Shown here in pieces: positions 18,754-29,331 of a stretch of DNA of 64,000 nucleotides (positions are counted from its first letter, which is position 1; each line of letters begins with the position of its first letter). This stretch comes from Methanotrichaceae archaeon (lineage in GTDB: Archaea; Halobacteriota; Methanosarcinia; Methanotrichales; Methanotrichaceae), in NCBI GenBank assembly GCA_963803145.1, contig CAWDLW010000015.1, forward strand, positions 361,733 through 425,732. The letters run 5' to 3'. Both the position numbers and the translations under genes were made by a program. The notes beneath the pieces were generated by a model. That model saw only the letters and a program-made list of their open reading frames with translations. It was not told the DNA's origin and did no database searches.

Positions 18754-19605
18754 TCAGGCTGCAGCTTTAGATGCGGTAACATTACCGGTTACATTTGTCG
18801 GTACAGCATTGCCTTCGACTGGCGAAAAGCCATACCTCTTCATGATAGCAGTTCCCTTATCGGACTTCACCAGATCAATGAACTTCTTTGCCTCAGCAGG
18901 ATACTTGGACTGCTTTAATATGCCTATCGGATACTCGGCAATGACATTATATTTGTCAGGGATATCAATCTTGTCGACCTTGGCAGACAGGTTTTCAGTT
19001 ATATCGGACACATAGGCAAAGCCCACATCCGCCTCTCCTAAAGCCACTTTGGTCACTACATAATTCACGTTGGTCTCTTGAGAGATTATGTTGGCCATAA
19101 CCTTTTTCTTATAATCCTGTCCGTAGGCTGAATCGTTTCCCAGCTTACTTATGATCTGCATGGCATAATCGCCAACCGGCACGTCCTTAGTACCTATTAC
19201 GATCTTGATTCCGGGTTTGGCTAGATCAGTGAGGTTATGGATATTCGCCGGATTGTCCTTTGGGATAATCAGTGCCAGCTTATTCCTGGTGAAGATGGAA
19301 ATGCTGCTGTTATTCATAAGCCCCTCGGCTTTTAACGCATTCATCTGTTTCGTGTTGGCAGAGACTAAGATATCTGCATAAGCCCCATTCTCGATTTGAG
19401 TACGCAACACCTGTGAGCCGTCAAAGTTGAAGACCGCATTGATATTTGTCTCATTTTTATATATCTGTCCTATCTCGCCGAAAGTGCCTGTCAAAGATGC
19501 AGCTGTAAAGACTGTAAGCTCCTTTGGCTGCTCTGCACAAAGGCCTGCCGATGTTGCCAGGAATAGAGCTACCAGGACCATCGTAAGTACACGTTTATCG
19601 ACCAA
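18754..19605 (-). CDS. modA: Molybdate ABC transporter substrate-binding protein
   Basis: Signal peptide, TAASL, FDGSQVLRTQIENGA, VPVGDYA, GEADVGF. Confidence 0.92.
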   Translation of the reverse strand: MVDKRVLTMVLVALFLATSAGLCAEQPKELTVFTAASLTGTFGEIGQIYKNETNINAVFNFDGSQVLRTQIENGAYADILVSANTKQMNALKAEGLMNNSSISIFTRNKLALIIPKDNPANIHNLTDLAKPGIKIVIGTKDVPVGDYAMQIISKLGNDSAYGQDYKKKVMANIISQETNVNYVVTKVALGEADVGFAYVSDITENLSAKVDKIDIPDKYNVIAEYPIGILKQSKYPAEAKKFIDLVKSDKGTAIMKRYGFSPVEGNAVPTNVTGNVTASKAAA

Positions 19606-19638
19606 GTTTTTACCTCCTTATACGCTTATCCCATCTTG

Positions 19639-19689
19639 AAGTAAGCATAAACGCTTACTTTTATATCATTATGTTAACGTATATGTTAA
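19639..19689. promoter_or_regulatory. Two inverted repeats upstream of modA (candidate operators)
   Basis: AAGTAAGC-ataaac-GCTTACTT (19639-19660) and TTAAC-gtatat-GTTAA (19674-19689). Confidence 0.4.
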
Positions 19690-19942
19690 ACCTAATAACC
19701 TTTGCGCCTAAATATGGAAAGCCGGTTCACTGCATGTATGGAGGTACTATTGCAATCTAATGCCAGGAACGTTGCAGTTTAGATAGGGGCTAGCGATAAG
19801 CTGAAATCCATAACCGAGATATCCCAGCCTTGCATGCTTCGGTAAAGGCTATACTTGCCTCGATATTGAGTACCACTCTGCCGCAACATAAGGCGATAGA
19901 TTAATATTCCCTAAAGGCAGCTTCGCCAGGCAGAGGAATTGC

Positions 19943-20362
19943 ATGAGCAATCTGTCTATGTGTTTTATCAGCGTGCTAGTTGTTATATTGAATACATCGT
20001 TAACAGTGGCCATCACCCAAGAGAACAGCAGCATGGATAAGATTAGTAATATAACATTGAATAATACCATTCTGAATAATACAACTCCAGGTAATACAAG
20101 CCTAAACACTTCGGCTACGAATAATACATCTGTTAATATAACCAAGCCTGAGAGTATTGAACCGATGAACAACACCGACGCCAATACCCCTATCAATCTC
20201 TCAACGGCTCAATCTGAACAATCCGATGATGCCGTTTTCATAATTGGCGGTAATGCCACGAGCAATATATCAACCCATAATGTGGATATTCCAACATCGC
20301 CTGCAAAAAATGCAAGCGACTTGTGGTATGTCATACAAGCCAAGCCTCACGGTATGGTTTAA
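19943..20362 (+). CDS. Secreted Asn/Thr-rich hypothetical protein
   Basis: Signal peptide, many N-x-S/T sequons, C-terminal PHG motif shared with 53334-53780. Confidence 0.7.
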   Translation: MSNLSMCFISVLVVILNTSLTVAITQENSSMDKISNITLNNTILNNTTPGNTSLNTSATNNTSVNITKPESIEPMNNTDANTPINLSTAQSEQSDDAVFIIGGNATSNISTHNVDIPTSPAKNASDLWYVIQAKPHGMV

Positions 20363-20403
20363 ATTTACCCCCAGCTTTTAGTTTTCAGAAAATTCTGAAG
20401 GAG

Positions 20404-21624
20404 CTAAGCCTCGTTAATGGTGTGAGGCACAACCAGCCTGATACATAGCCCAGATAGGATGCAGAATACGCCAAGATACGTGAATACAATGAGGAAGTTT
20501 CCTCCAGTTACATCCAATATATATCCGCTAAGCGATGGTCCGAGCAGCCCAGAAACAAAGCCATAGGCTGTGAATACCAGTCCGAATATGGCCCCAAAAT
20601 GTTTGAAGCCGAAGCAGTCATAGACCAATGGAGCTGAGACGGTAAATAAAGTACCATGTGATAGCCCCACAAAAGCTGCCAGTATAGAGCACACCATGAG
20701 ATCGCTGCTATGAGGCAAGATAAGATAGGCGCCGCCTGCCGCAAAGAAAACAATGCTCATTGTCGTGTTTCGGCCAATAACGTCTGATAGGTATCCTGAT
20801 ATCAAGCGTCCTATGCCATTGGCAATATTGAACGCTATTAGAATGAAGACTGCAGATTCTAGAGTGAACCCTCTTGATAGACCGTAGCTCGTCGAGAGCA
20901 CAACCATGGAGATAGTCGCTGCACCCTGCATCGCCCAGGTGCTCCAGAGAAACCAGAAGCTGCGAGTTCGAGTGCTTTCCCGTAGCGTTAGAGACGCTTC
21001 AGGCTCTCTGATATCCATAGCCTTCGCCCCTGAAGACAGCCTTGTCGCTGCAGGTATGATATCTGGGGCCTTAACAATATAAACGGCTCCAAGACCGGTT
21101 ATAAGCGATATGATCGCTATAGCTAGGTTCATTGTAAGATATCCGAGAGAATTCAGCATATACCCGAATAATGGCGACATAATGGCAGCCGATAATCCAA
21201 AAGTAAGGTTCACTACGCCAGATACAAGGCCCCTTTTCTGTGGATACAGCCTCTGGACTATAGTCAATGCCGGAGTATAGATAAAGCTGGATGAAGCGCC
21301 TATTATAAAAGCCCACGCATAGAGCCATACAATGCCGGATGCATAGCCGGCAATGATGGCGCTGAGGCTGCAAGTGAGAACGCCTATTGCAATCATTGCC
21401 TTGGTACCATAGCGCTCTTGCCAGTATCCTGCCAGAAACATGAAGATTCCTACAGCAGCAAGAACGAAGAATAGTATATTCCCTGTTTCTCCGCGGCCGA
21501 TGTGAAACATGCCTTGCCATGTAGGCGCCATTACTCCTGGAAAGCCGAAGATCAGGGCACCAGGCCAGAAGATGGCAATTGAGCAGCCAATAATGATTAA
21601 AATGCTGTTCTTATCTTCCGACAT
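20404..21624 (-). CDS. MFS transporter, oxalate/formate antiporter (OFA)-like
   Basis: About 12 TM segments; GYWQERYG, YPQKRGLVSG, GYLSDVIGR, FGFKHFGAIFG. Confidence 0.85.
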   Translation of the reverse strand: MSEDKNSILIIIGCSIAIFWPGALIFGFPGVMAPTWQGMFHIGRGETGNILFFVLAAVGIFMFLAGYWQERYGTKAMIAIGVLTCSLSAIIAGYASGIVWLYAWAFIIGASSSFIYTPALTIVQRLYPQKRGLVSGVVNLTFGLSAAIMSPLFGYMLNSLGYLTMNLAIAIISLITGLGAVYIVKAPDIIPAATRLSSGAKAMDIREPEASLTLRESTRTRSFWFLWSTWAMQGAATISMVVLSTSYGLSRGFTLESAVFILIAFNIANGIGRLISGYLSDVIGRNTTMSIVFFAAGGAYLILPHSSDLMVCSILAAFVGLSHGTLFTVSAPLVYDCFGFKHFGAIFGLVFTAYGFVSGLLGPSLSGYILDVTGGNFLIVFTYLGVFCILSGLCIRLVVPHTINEA

Positions 21625-21745
21625 TTATGTTGCCTTTCCATGTAATAAAGCCGATTGGATCTTCATCCCTCAGTCATAGCTAAGTATCAGATTTCTTGCC
21701 GATTAACCTCAATAGATATACTATTAAGCTTTGAATGAAAGAAGC

Positions 21746-22955
21746 GGTCGTGTATGCGCATAAAAGAAATAGTATGAAATGCATAGTATAATGACATAAT
21801 AGATGTCAGAAATTAATTTGGCCAATTATTGGTGTTGTTATGACGGTTGCTCAGATTATGGCAAGAGAGATTTAGGCAACATAGTGATAAAAGAACGTTA
21901 TGGAAAGAATGATCGAGCAATGTTGAAATGCAGGATATGTGGTCATTGTTTCAGTGAGACTCGCGGGACAATCTTTTTTGGGCTGAATACGCCTGATGAT
22001 GAAGTTCTGAAGGCTCTATCCCAGCTTGTTGAGAAAGGCAGTATTCGTGGAGTTGCAAGAGCTACAGGCTACGATAAAAATACAATCTGTCGATGGCTTA
22101 AAAGGGCTGCAAAGCATTGTCAGGAGGTAAATGAGTACTTCCTGCACGATCTTCACCTTACCCAAGTGCAGATAGACGAAATATGGACATTCTGTAAAAA
22201 AACAAAAAAATGTCAGCACACATGATCCAGATGGCGTCGGTGATGTATATAGCCTGACAGCAACGAGTGCTGAATCACGATTGCTAATTTGCCATCACGA
22301 AGGTAGTCGAACTATAGAAGACGCTATAGCTCTATTTACAGAGCTAGAACAGAAAAGAGCGATGGGTTCTCCGCTTCCTGTATTCGTATCCGATGATTGG
22401 GACGCATTTGCCAACGCACTTCTCGAAGTCTACGGCATCAAGGAGATGCTAGAATACAAAGGTATTGGAAGAAAACCTAATCCGGTGCTGGTTCCACCTC
22501 CTGATCTAAAATATGCCCAAATTGTAAAAAATAAAGCCAATGACAAAGTAGTTGGCATGTCCCAGCGAGTCGTCTATGGAGATATTAAAGAAGTGATAGA
22601 ACTGCTTTGTCAAATGTCAAAAGGACATATCCATACAGCCTATGCTGAGAGAATTAACCTCACATTCAGGAATCATCTTGCAAGGTTCATACGCAAAACC
22701 ATGAACTTCAGCAAAGATAGGCAAATACATGCTGATGTAGTTGATTTTTTCCAGGCTTGGTATAATTTTGTCAAGCCACACGATTCGCTAAAACTAGAAA
22801 TAAATCTTGATATGGAAGAGGTGGGATTCGATCCGAATCCGAAAAAATGGATATTTCAGACACCAGCTATGTTTGAATTGATTACTGATCATATTTGGAC
22901 TATGTGGGAGCTGATGACTTGGAGAGCACCGATTCAGTAGTTCTCATACACGACC
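21746..22955 (+). mobile_element. IS1-family element, 1210 bp, 8-bp TSD AAAGAAGC
   Basis: IRs GGTCGTGTATG/CATACACGACC; orfA 21803-22225 (Zn ribbon, HTH, QIDEIW), orfB to 22940 (SDDW, AERINLTFR). Confidence 0.93.
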
Positions 22956-23316
22956 AAAGAAGCAAGTCGAGGATAATCTAAGGCGCCTTAAGTTAAGCGT
23001 GAGAGATTGATTGCTCATAGACCGATTCTAGTGCCACTTCTATTTGAGTTGATCGCAGATCCTGGTAACATCAGTTAATATTTATTAAATGGTCGGATAA
23101 ATTTTCCAAAATTTGTGTCCCTGTACATTTTCGCACCTTTCACCTATACGAAAGAACCATATAGTATCTGTTTTAGGATTTATGTATCAAGCATGACTAT
23201 GATGCTGCCATTAAGAGCAGTGATTTCACCCAAGGATATCTCAGGAATTTATATAACCCAAATGTTAATATCTGGTAAAAGGCAAACGAGAAGAAGTTGC
23301 CTAAGGAGGCGGTTGA

Positions 23317-23835
23317 ATGAAGATAAAACTCATGACAATTATGCTTATGTTGTTCTGCCTTGCTGTCTCTGCGGTTGCATTATGCAGCGGCTCTGATAAG
23401 GTCCAGAGCGTAGGCGGCGACTTCGGAAGGGCATGGATAAGCAACTACCTTGCAGAGAACCCGAGACCAGCAGCTCCTAACAGCAATAATAGTAGTAGTA
23501 ATACAACATCCAATAACAAAACAGCTGATTGGGGAGGGGAGCCTAAAGGCACACCTGGTATAAACAGCGATTTAGTGAAGCCTCAAAATAATCCTGCACC
23601 CGCTACGGATTGGCTTGGAAGCAGCACAATCACTGATAGTCAATCATCTACGGCGGATACATCTCAAAATGGAGCTAAACAGACGTACTTTGCTAGCGGG
23701 ACTTTGAGTCCAGTCCATAAGATGGATGCGAGCTTCGATCAGGCCGGAGGAATGCCGGAGCCTGATGCCAATGGGCTCATAAACGGATTGCCACCGGAAT
23801 TATATGGAGCCGTTGGACCTGCCATCTATATCTAA
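23317..23835 (+). CDS. Secreted low-complexity hypothetical protein
   Basis: GGAGG RBS, signal peptide, GGDFGRAWI motif, S/N/T-rich. Confidence 0.75.
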   Translation: MKIKLMTIMLMLFCLAVSAVALCSGSDKVQSVGGDFGRAWISNYLAENPRPAAPNSNNSSSNTTSNNKTADWGGEPKGTPGINSDLVKPQNNPAPATDWLGSSTITDSQSSTADTSQNGAKQTYFASGTLSPVHKMDASFDQAGGMPEPDANGLINGLPPELYGAVGPAIYI

Positions 23836-23949
23836 AAACATTTTAGAAGCAAATCAACATGTTCCAGCCCTGCTACGGGCTTGAACGCAATGTATCCGGG
23901 ATGATCGGATACAATTATCCATTTTTTATTTATAATCGTGATTTGATTA

Positions 23950-25032
23950 TAGTTAATCATTGAGCTTATTGCCCTATAGATACATTTAATAATTAATGCG
24001 TGAAAATACATAGGCATGGGTAGAAAACCTATAATAATTAGGCATATATCAAAGATAGACCTTGATAAATTATATAAAAAAGAGACTGATCTAAGGATTA
24101 AGGAACGGTTATTGGCAATAATACATTTATATGAAGGGAAAAACGTATATGAGGTAGCTGATATTTTAAAAAGGGGCGAGAGGACAATAAAATATTGGTT
24201 AAGCAGATGGAATAATCATGGCTATAATGGATTGACACCAAAGAATAGAAATGGCAAAAAGCCAAAGATGTCTCTTGATGAATGGGATAGAGTTATTAAA
24301 GAAATTGAAGACAAAGGAATGACGATAAAAGACGTATTAAAATATGTAAGGGATACAAGAGGTATAGATTTTTCATATAAATACGGCTGGCGAATTTTAA
24401 GAGTAGTGAAAAAAGTTAAGTATGGGAAACCATACATCAGAAATGAAAAGAGGCCTGCAGATGCAGAAAGTTTTTTAAAAAAGGATAAAATCAGTGCTGA
24501 CCACTGTTACTGATCCTGTTATAGGATTTCTTGATGAAAGCTCTTTACAACAGCGCCCTAATACACGTAGAGTCTTAAACACTCATTTAATAAATTATAA
24601 ACCTGGAAAGGTTAGATCAAGAACTATTTTTGGATTTATAGCATTAAATGGCAATGATGAGGTTATGGTTTCCAACTCCTCTAAGAAGGAAGCGTTGATG
24701 GCATTTGCTCAAAATATAAGAAATAATAATATTATGAGGCCAATTTGTATACTTTTAGATAATGCTAGAATTCATTTGGCCAAGAAATTTAGAAAACTAG
24801 CTGAGGAAATCGATATTCACTTAATTTATAATATCCCCTATTCACCAGATTTGAATCCTATAGAATTCGGTTGGAAGGATTTCAAAAGAGAGATCGCCAA
24901 ATACACTGATTTCGATGAAGCTATTATAGCTAGCCAAGATTGCGCTTTAGAAATATTTTATTCCAAAAAGGATGGATATTCAAAGTCCTGGGTGGAGCGA
25001 TTTCTTAGTGCAAAAAGCTAGGAGATTAACTA
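23950..25032 (+). mobile_element. IS630-family element (copy A2, near-identical to 5306-6388)
   Basis: Same ends, TA duplication, 1083 bp; proteins differ at a single residue (Q to H). Confidence 0.95.
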
Positions 25033-25086
25033 TAGTCAAGAAAAAAGATTCCGCCAACGTGATAAAAATTTTTTATATAATTAGTC

Positions 25087-26403
25087 TTAGCGTGGTAGCG
25101 CTGTGACCTTGACCCAAGGAACGTACGCTACCCTATCGGCTGGCCCTCCATTTCGAAACCTCATATAATGTTGCCCATTAAATCCAAATATGCGTAAGAA
25201 CGTCATTTCCACGTACCATAAACCTAGCTCTTTCGCTTCGATTCGGGCATCAAATGATATTGCGCTTAATTTAATACGATCTTCTCCTGTTTCATGAGTA
25301 ATTCTATTTCGAATATATGTAAACATGTATGAACCCGATGGATATTTTTTAGCATCGGAATTAGTTTTCTGCAATTCGGTTAATGCTCTTTGCAGCTCTT
25401 TTAGCTCGCTGGGTATAGTTACAGGAATACCCATTGATGTTAGAAGATGCTCAATTTTCCTACTAGCAGGCCATTTATGGAACGCCTCTACTGTGCAAGG
25501 TTTAGAAGCGCCAGGTGCCTCCATGAGATATACCCAAGCAAGCAGTTCCAATGCAGCTTGTATTAAGATAATTGATCCTTCTACTCCGCCTGAGCCAATA
25601 TTTGCTTCGATGTACCAATGAATTGCAAGGCGTGTTGGTTCATTCCAATCCGGGTCAACCCATTTTTTCATGAAACCAATGAATGCCTCGTTAATCTTCT
25701 CGGGTTCAAAATCAAAGAACCAACTCCGAACGTCCTTCCATGGAGTTAATCTTGGTGCATCCCATACTTGCCAGCTAACCTTATCGCCATTTTGACCTAT
25801 TGGAAGTATTGGACCACACCATAAGCCCCTCACAAAAGAGAGAAAATGATATAGTGCAATTAGCTTATCAGATGCTTGATCCTTATCAAAATGTCCTTCA
25901 TCAATTCGTTTTAACATCCCTATATGTGTTAGGCCAAATCCACCTTGATCGCTGAGGTATTTGGTTAAATCGGTGATATTATCAATCGGGCTTAATATTA
26001 TGTTCCATTCATCGTTCTTTAGATTTAAGCGAATACCAGGAATACTTTTAAAGTTAGGGATATGGAACAGGACCTCATCGCATACTGATGTATTTATTAT
26101 GGTCGGTCTCCCCAACAGTTGCCCACGAATAATATAGCCACAAGATACCAAATCCACATAAGCATCACAAGATAACGGTAACTTAGCAATCTCCAGCTTA
26201 ACTTTGCCTGTATCTCCAAATATTCGATCAAGCATTTCGAATCTAATGCATGTCGAGGGTAGCCAGTTTAACTTGATAGACGCATGACCTGTAAAAACAT
26301 GTCCGGATTGTTCTAGCCGTATATCTCCATCATATAAGTTAATCAAAGCATTTGGTTCGGAAGTGGTGTATATGGTTTTCAAGGGTGGTTTATCATTTGC
26401 CAT
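25087..26403 (-). CDS. Hypothetical protein with C-terminal HEPN-like domain (ApeA-like architecture)
   Basis: Beta-rich N-terminus; helical C-terminus LAIHWYIEAN...QAALELL...YIRNRITH (RxxxxH). Confidence 0.7.
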   Translation of the reverse strand: MANDKPPLKTIYTTSEPNALINLYDGDIRLEQSGHVFTGHASIKLNWLPSTCIRFEMLDRIFGDTGKVKLEIAKLPLSCDAYVDLVSCGYIIRGQLLGRPTIINTSVCDEVLFHIPNFKSIPGIRLNLKNDEWNIILSPIDNITDLTKYLSDQGGFGLTHIGMLKRIDEGHFDKDQASDKLIALYHFLSFVRGLWCGPILPIGQNGDKVSWQVWDAPRLTPWKDVRSWFFDFEPEKINEAFIGFMKKWVDPDWNEPTRLAIHWYIEANIGSGGVEGSIILIQAALELLAWVYLMEAPGASKPCTVEAFHKWPASRKIEHLLTSMGIPVTIPSELKELQRALTELQKTNSDAKKYPSGSYMFTYIRNRITHETGEDRIKLSAISFDARIEAKELGLWYVEMTFLRIFGFNGQHYMRFRNGGPADRVAYVPWVKVTALPR

Positions 26404-26446
26404 TTAATTCCTCCCTTGGGAAATCATCTTCAAGTATTAAACGCTG

Positions 26447-27641
26447 GGTCGTGTACGAGTCTCATTGAACAGGAATCCTGAAGTCCAATAACTCTCGAAT
26501 AGTCCAAATGTGATCTGTTAGCCCTTCAGCCATAGCAGGTGTTCTCTGCATCCATCTTTTATTTTCTTGATTTATCTCCAGCCGAAGAGATTTATGAGGT
26601 TTGACAAAATTATACCAAGCTTGGAAGAAGTCCAAAGCATTAGAATGTCTCTTCAGAATTTTGCTGCAATTCATTGATTTGCGTACAAACCTTGCTAGGG
26701 AATTGCGAATCGTGAGATTAAGTCTCTCAATATAGGCAGTATTGATAGAACCGCCCGAATTTACACCAAGCAGCTCCATGACTTTCGCAGGATCGCCAAA
26801 AACTATGTCCTGAACCACTTCAATAACTCGTCCATTCTTCCTTTTCTTACAGACCCTGGCATACTTCAGGCTTGGGTAAGGAACCAATACAGGATACGGT
26901 TTTCTTCCTATTCCTGCATATTGCGGCGTTTCCAGGAAACCGTAGACACTGACCAATCCTTCCTCAAATGGGTCCCAGTTGTCAGATGTGAATACTGGAA
27001 TGGGAGAATCGATAGCTCGTCGTCTTTCCACATCCCTAAACAACTCGATTGCGTCCTCTGTGCTTCTTTCCCCCTCGAAATGGCTTATAAACAATCTGGT
27101 ATCGGTTTTAATTGCAGTTAGGGTATAGACATCTCCGTAGTCTTCAGGATCGTCTTCGGTGATATTCATTTGCTTTTTTTATATAAGACCAAATCTCATC
27201 TACCTGTATACGATCAAGATGAAGGTCCTGGAGAAAGTAATCCGTTACTTCCTCACAATGCTTACCGGCTAGATCAACCCATTTGCAGATAGTACTTCTA
27301 TCATGACCACTGGATCTTGCTATCCCGCGAATACTCCCTTTCTCTGGAATCTCGGCCAGAGTCCTGACAACCTCTTCCCATGGTGTGATCAATCCAAAAA
27401 ACGGCGTTCCTCGTTTCTCACTAAAACAATGCCCACAGGTTCTGCATTTGAGAAGCGCGATGTTGTTCTTTCCCTAGAATTCCTTCAGAACTATATTCCC
27501 TGCATCTTTCTTTCCGTAATCTGGGCAAGCTTCATGCCAGCACCAGAACTTTGACAGATCCCTTTCAGATCCCATTGCTACTCCCAAATTAGATTCTAGT
27601 GGAGTAGTATTAATATCTTTCAGTTAGTCTCGTACACGACC
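26447..27641 (-). mobile_element. IS1-family element, 8-bp TSD AAACGCTG; orfA has an in-frame TAG
   Basis: IRs GGTCGTGTACGAG; orfA starts at 27575 (MGSERDLSKFWC...) with TAG at 27474-27476; orfB 26462-27169. Confidence 0.93.
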
Positions 27642-27819
27642 AAACGCTGTATATATACTCCATTCCACTGTGATGTTGGTACTTGAAGTGGCAATCCTAG
27701 GCTACATGCTTTCAATGGTATCGGTTACTTGGGTTCAACTGCAATGTCGCTCCTTGGCAATGTCTGTATCGATACATATATAAATGTGTTAGAAATTAGA
27801 CCTTTAAACAAAAGGATGG

Positions 27820-28890
27820 ATGAATGCCTGGGTTGGGAGCATGACGAGCCTAATTACAGCGGGTACGAATAGTCTCCAAACGTTGCTTAATGCGCTTAGC
27901 GCACTGGAAACGATAGAGAATTTTAATTTCGACGAAATTTATTTATTTGATACCCCTGAAACTAGCTCAAAATCACAGGATATCCTAACGGGAATCCGGG
28001 CCACACCCAAACGCAGAAATCTACAGATAACATCTTTTGTGGTCAATGAAAATAATGCATATAAGCGCATTCCAGAGTTTATGGCGAGACATGTTCTAAA
28101 TGATACAAAGCGAATCCAAGAAGTGGTTGTCGATCTTACAACAGGTCCTAAATACATAACAAGTTTGCTTTACTCGGCAGCAAACTTTTGCCAAATTAGT
28201 AACATCTATTATTTCTTGCTAAAAGATAATGACAAGCGAAGTGTTCCATTTGATGCTCTTATCAAGCACAAAGACTACGAACATCTCCAACTTCCTCCCT
28301 TTTCCGGCAAAAGCCTTATGGCGTTAAGTTGGCGTAGTTCTCTAGATCTGATCTACTATCTCAAGGATATTGAAGTGCTCATAGAGGGATTCCCACCTGA
28401 GTCGAAAGAGTTAGCAAAGTCCGTCGATCGAACGATGCGCTCTGCTGTTAGATATTACTTTAATGAAGAGTATAAAGAAGTGCTCAGTAGCATTGGTTTA
28501 CTGCTCGAAGACTGGGTTGCACAGATATACGCAACTTGGGAAATCCAAGGCACACTTAAGGCACATATGCCCACTGATCAAAAAACTGACAGTAGGAAAC
28601 GGCCTAAAGGAAAATTGGGAGATATGAATTATGTTTTTGATGATTTACTTTATATAAAACAACCGGGCAAAACGGAAAGTTTCACTTCAGAGGAACTTCA
28701 AAGCTTTATTCCTTTAACGATGGTTGGAGATATGTTAAATATTGCTAGAAATTATCGTAATATAGTTGTTCACCCTCATTGCTACCAATATGATCGAAAT
28801 GATGCTAAAATAGCCCTAGATATTGGTTTTGCTTGCGTGAATAGATGCATGCAAGCAGGTTTACTACCTAAAATCAGGCCGATTCCATGA
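27820..28890 (+). CDS. CARF-domain protein with C-terminal HEPN RNase motif (Csm6/Csx1-like)
   Basis: N-terminal ITAGT, CARF motif VVDLTTGPKYITSLL...IYY, C-terminal YRNIVVH (RxxxxH); probable start 27841. Confidence 0.85.
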   Translation: MNAWVGSMTSLITAGTNSLQTLLNALSALETIENFNFDEIYLFDTPETSSKSQDILTGIRATPKRRNLQITSFVVNENNAYKRIPEFMARHVLNDTKRIQEVVVDLTTGPKYITSLLYSAANFCQISNIYYFLLKDNDKRSVPFDALIKHKDYEHLQLPPFSGKSLMALSWRSSLDLIYYLKDIEVLIEGFPPESKELAKSVDRTMRSAVRYYFNEEYKEVLSSIGLLLEDWVAQIYATWEIQGTLKAHMPTDQKTDSRKRPKGKLGDMNYVFDDLLYIKQPGKTESFTSEELQSFIPLTMVGDMLNIARNYRNIVVHPHCYQYDRNDAKIALDIGFACVNRCMQAGLLPKIRPIP

Positions 28891-29291
28891 CAATTTTTCT
28901 TGCACTCGACGGTGATAAAGTTGGCTCCAGGTTGGAAGCAATGATTGTGGCAGAAGATTTAGAACGAGTTGCTTCTTTCAGCCATTGTGTGGCCGAAGCA
29001 ATAAAGAAAATGACTGAATTGATCGAGCAAAACCATGGCGTAATAATCTTTGCTGGTGGTGATAACTTAATGGCAGAATTTGATGATGCGAAGAACGCTA
29101 ATTTAATAATAGATGAATTGGGTCGAGTATTACGAAACATTTTCTTTGAGGCTACTGGTTGTACTGCGTCAATTGGAATTGGCTATCGACCACGAGATAC
29201 GTTCATTGCTCTTAAGCTAGCAAAAGGCTCTGATAAAACTAAATTAGTACACCTCAATAGTATATTACATTCAACTATCTGCTACTTATAA
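28887..29291 (+). CDS. mCpol (minimal CRISPR polymerase) palm-domain nucleotide cyclase
   Basis: 134 aa; FLALDGDKVG, IFAGGDNL, TASIGIG, ALKLAK; ATGA overlap with the CARF gene. Confidence 0.88.
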   Translation: MTIFLALDGDKVGSRLEAMIVAEDLERVASFSHCVAEAIKKMTELIEQNHGVIIFAGGDNLMAEFDDAKNANLIIDELGRVLRNIFFEATGCTASIGIGYRPRDTFIALKLAKGSDKTKLVHLNSILHSTICYL

Positions 29292-29331
29292 ATGACACAT
29301 CGTAAGCTATAAAGCATTACATAGCATTGTT

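Noticed and set aside
5306-25032. Composite transposon bounded by the two near-identical IS630 copies
   Set aside because: TA duplications are uninformative and the enclosed fdh/mod genes look chromosomal; independent insertions suffice
27474-27476. In-frame TAG in IS1 orfA as a pyrrolysine codon
   Set aside because: It aligns with Tyr in the paralog (KERYGKN versus KEF*GKN), so a single-base nonsense mutation is simpler; no pyl genes are visible
27820-29291. CRISPR-Cas locus suggested by CARF and Cas10-like palm domains
   Set aside because: No repeat-spacer array, cas1/cas2 or RAMP genes in the window; the palm protein is only 134 aa
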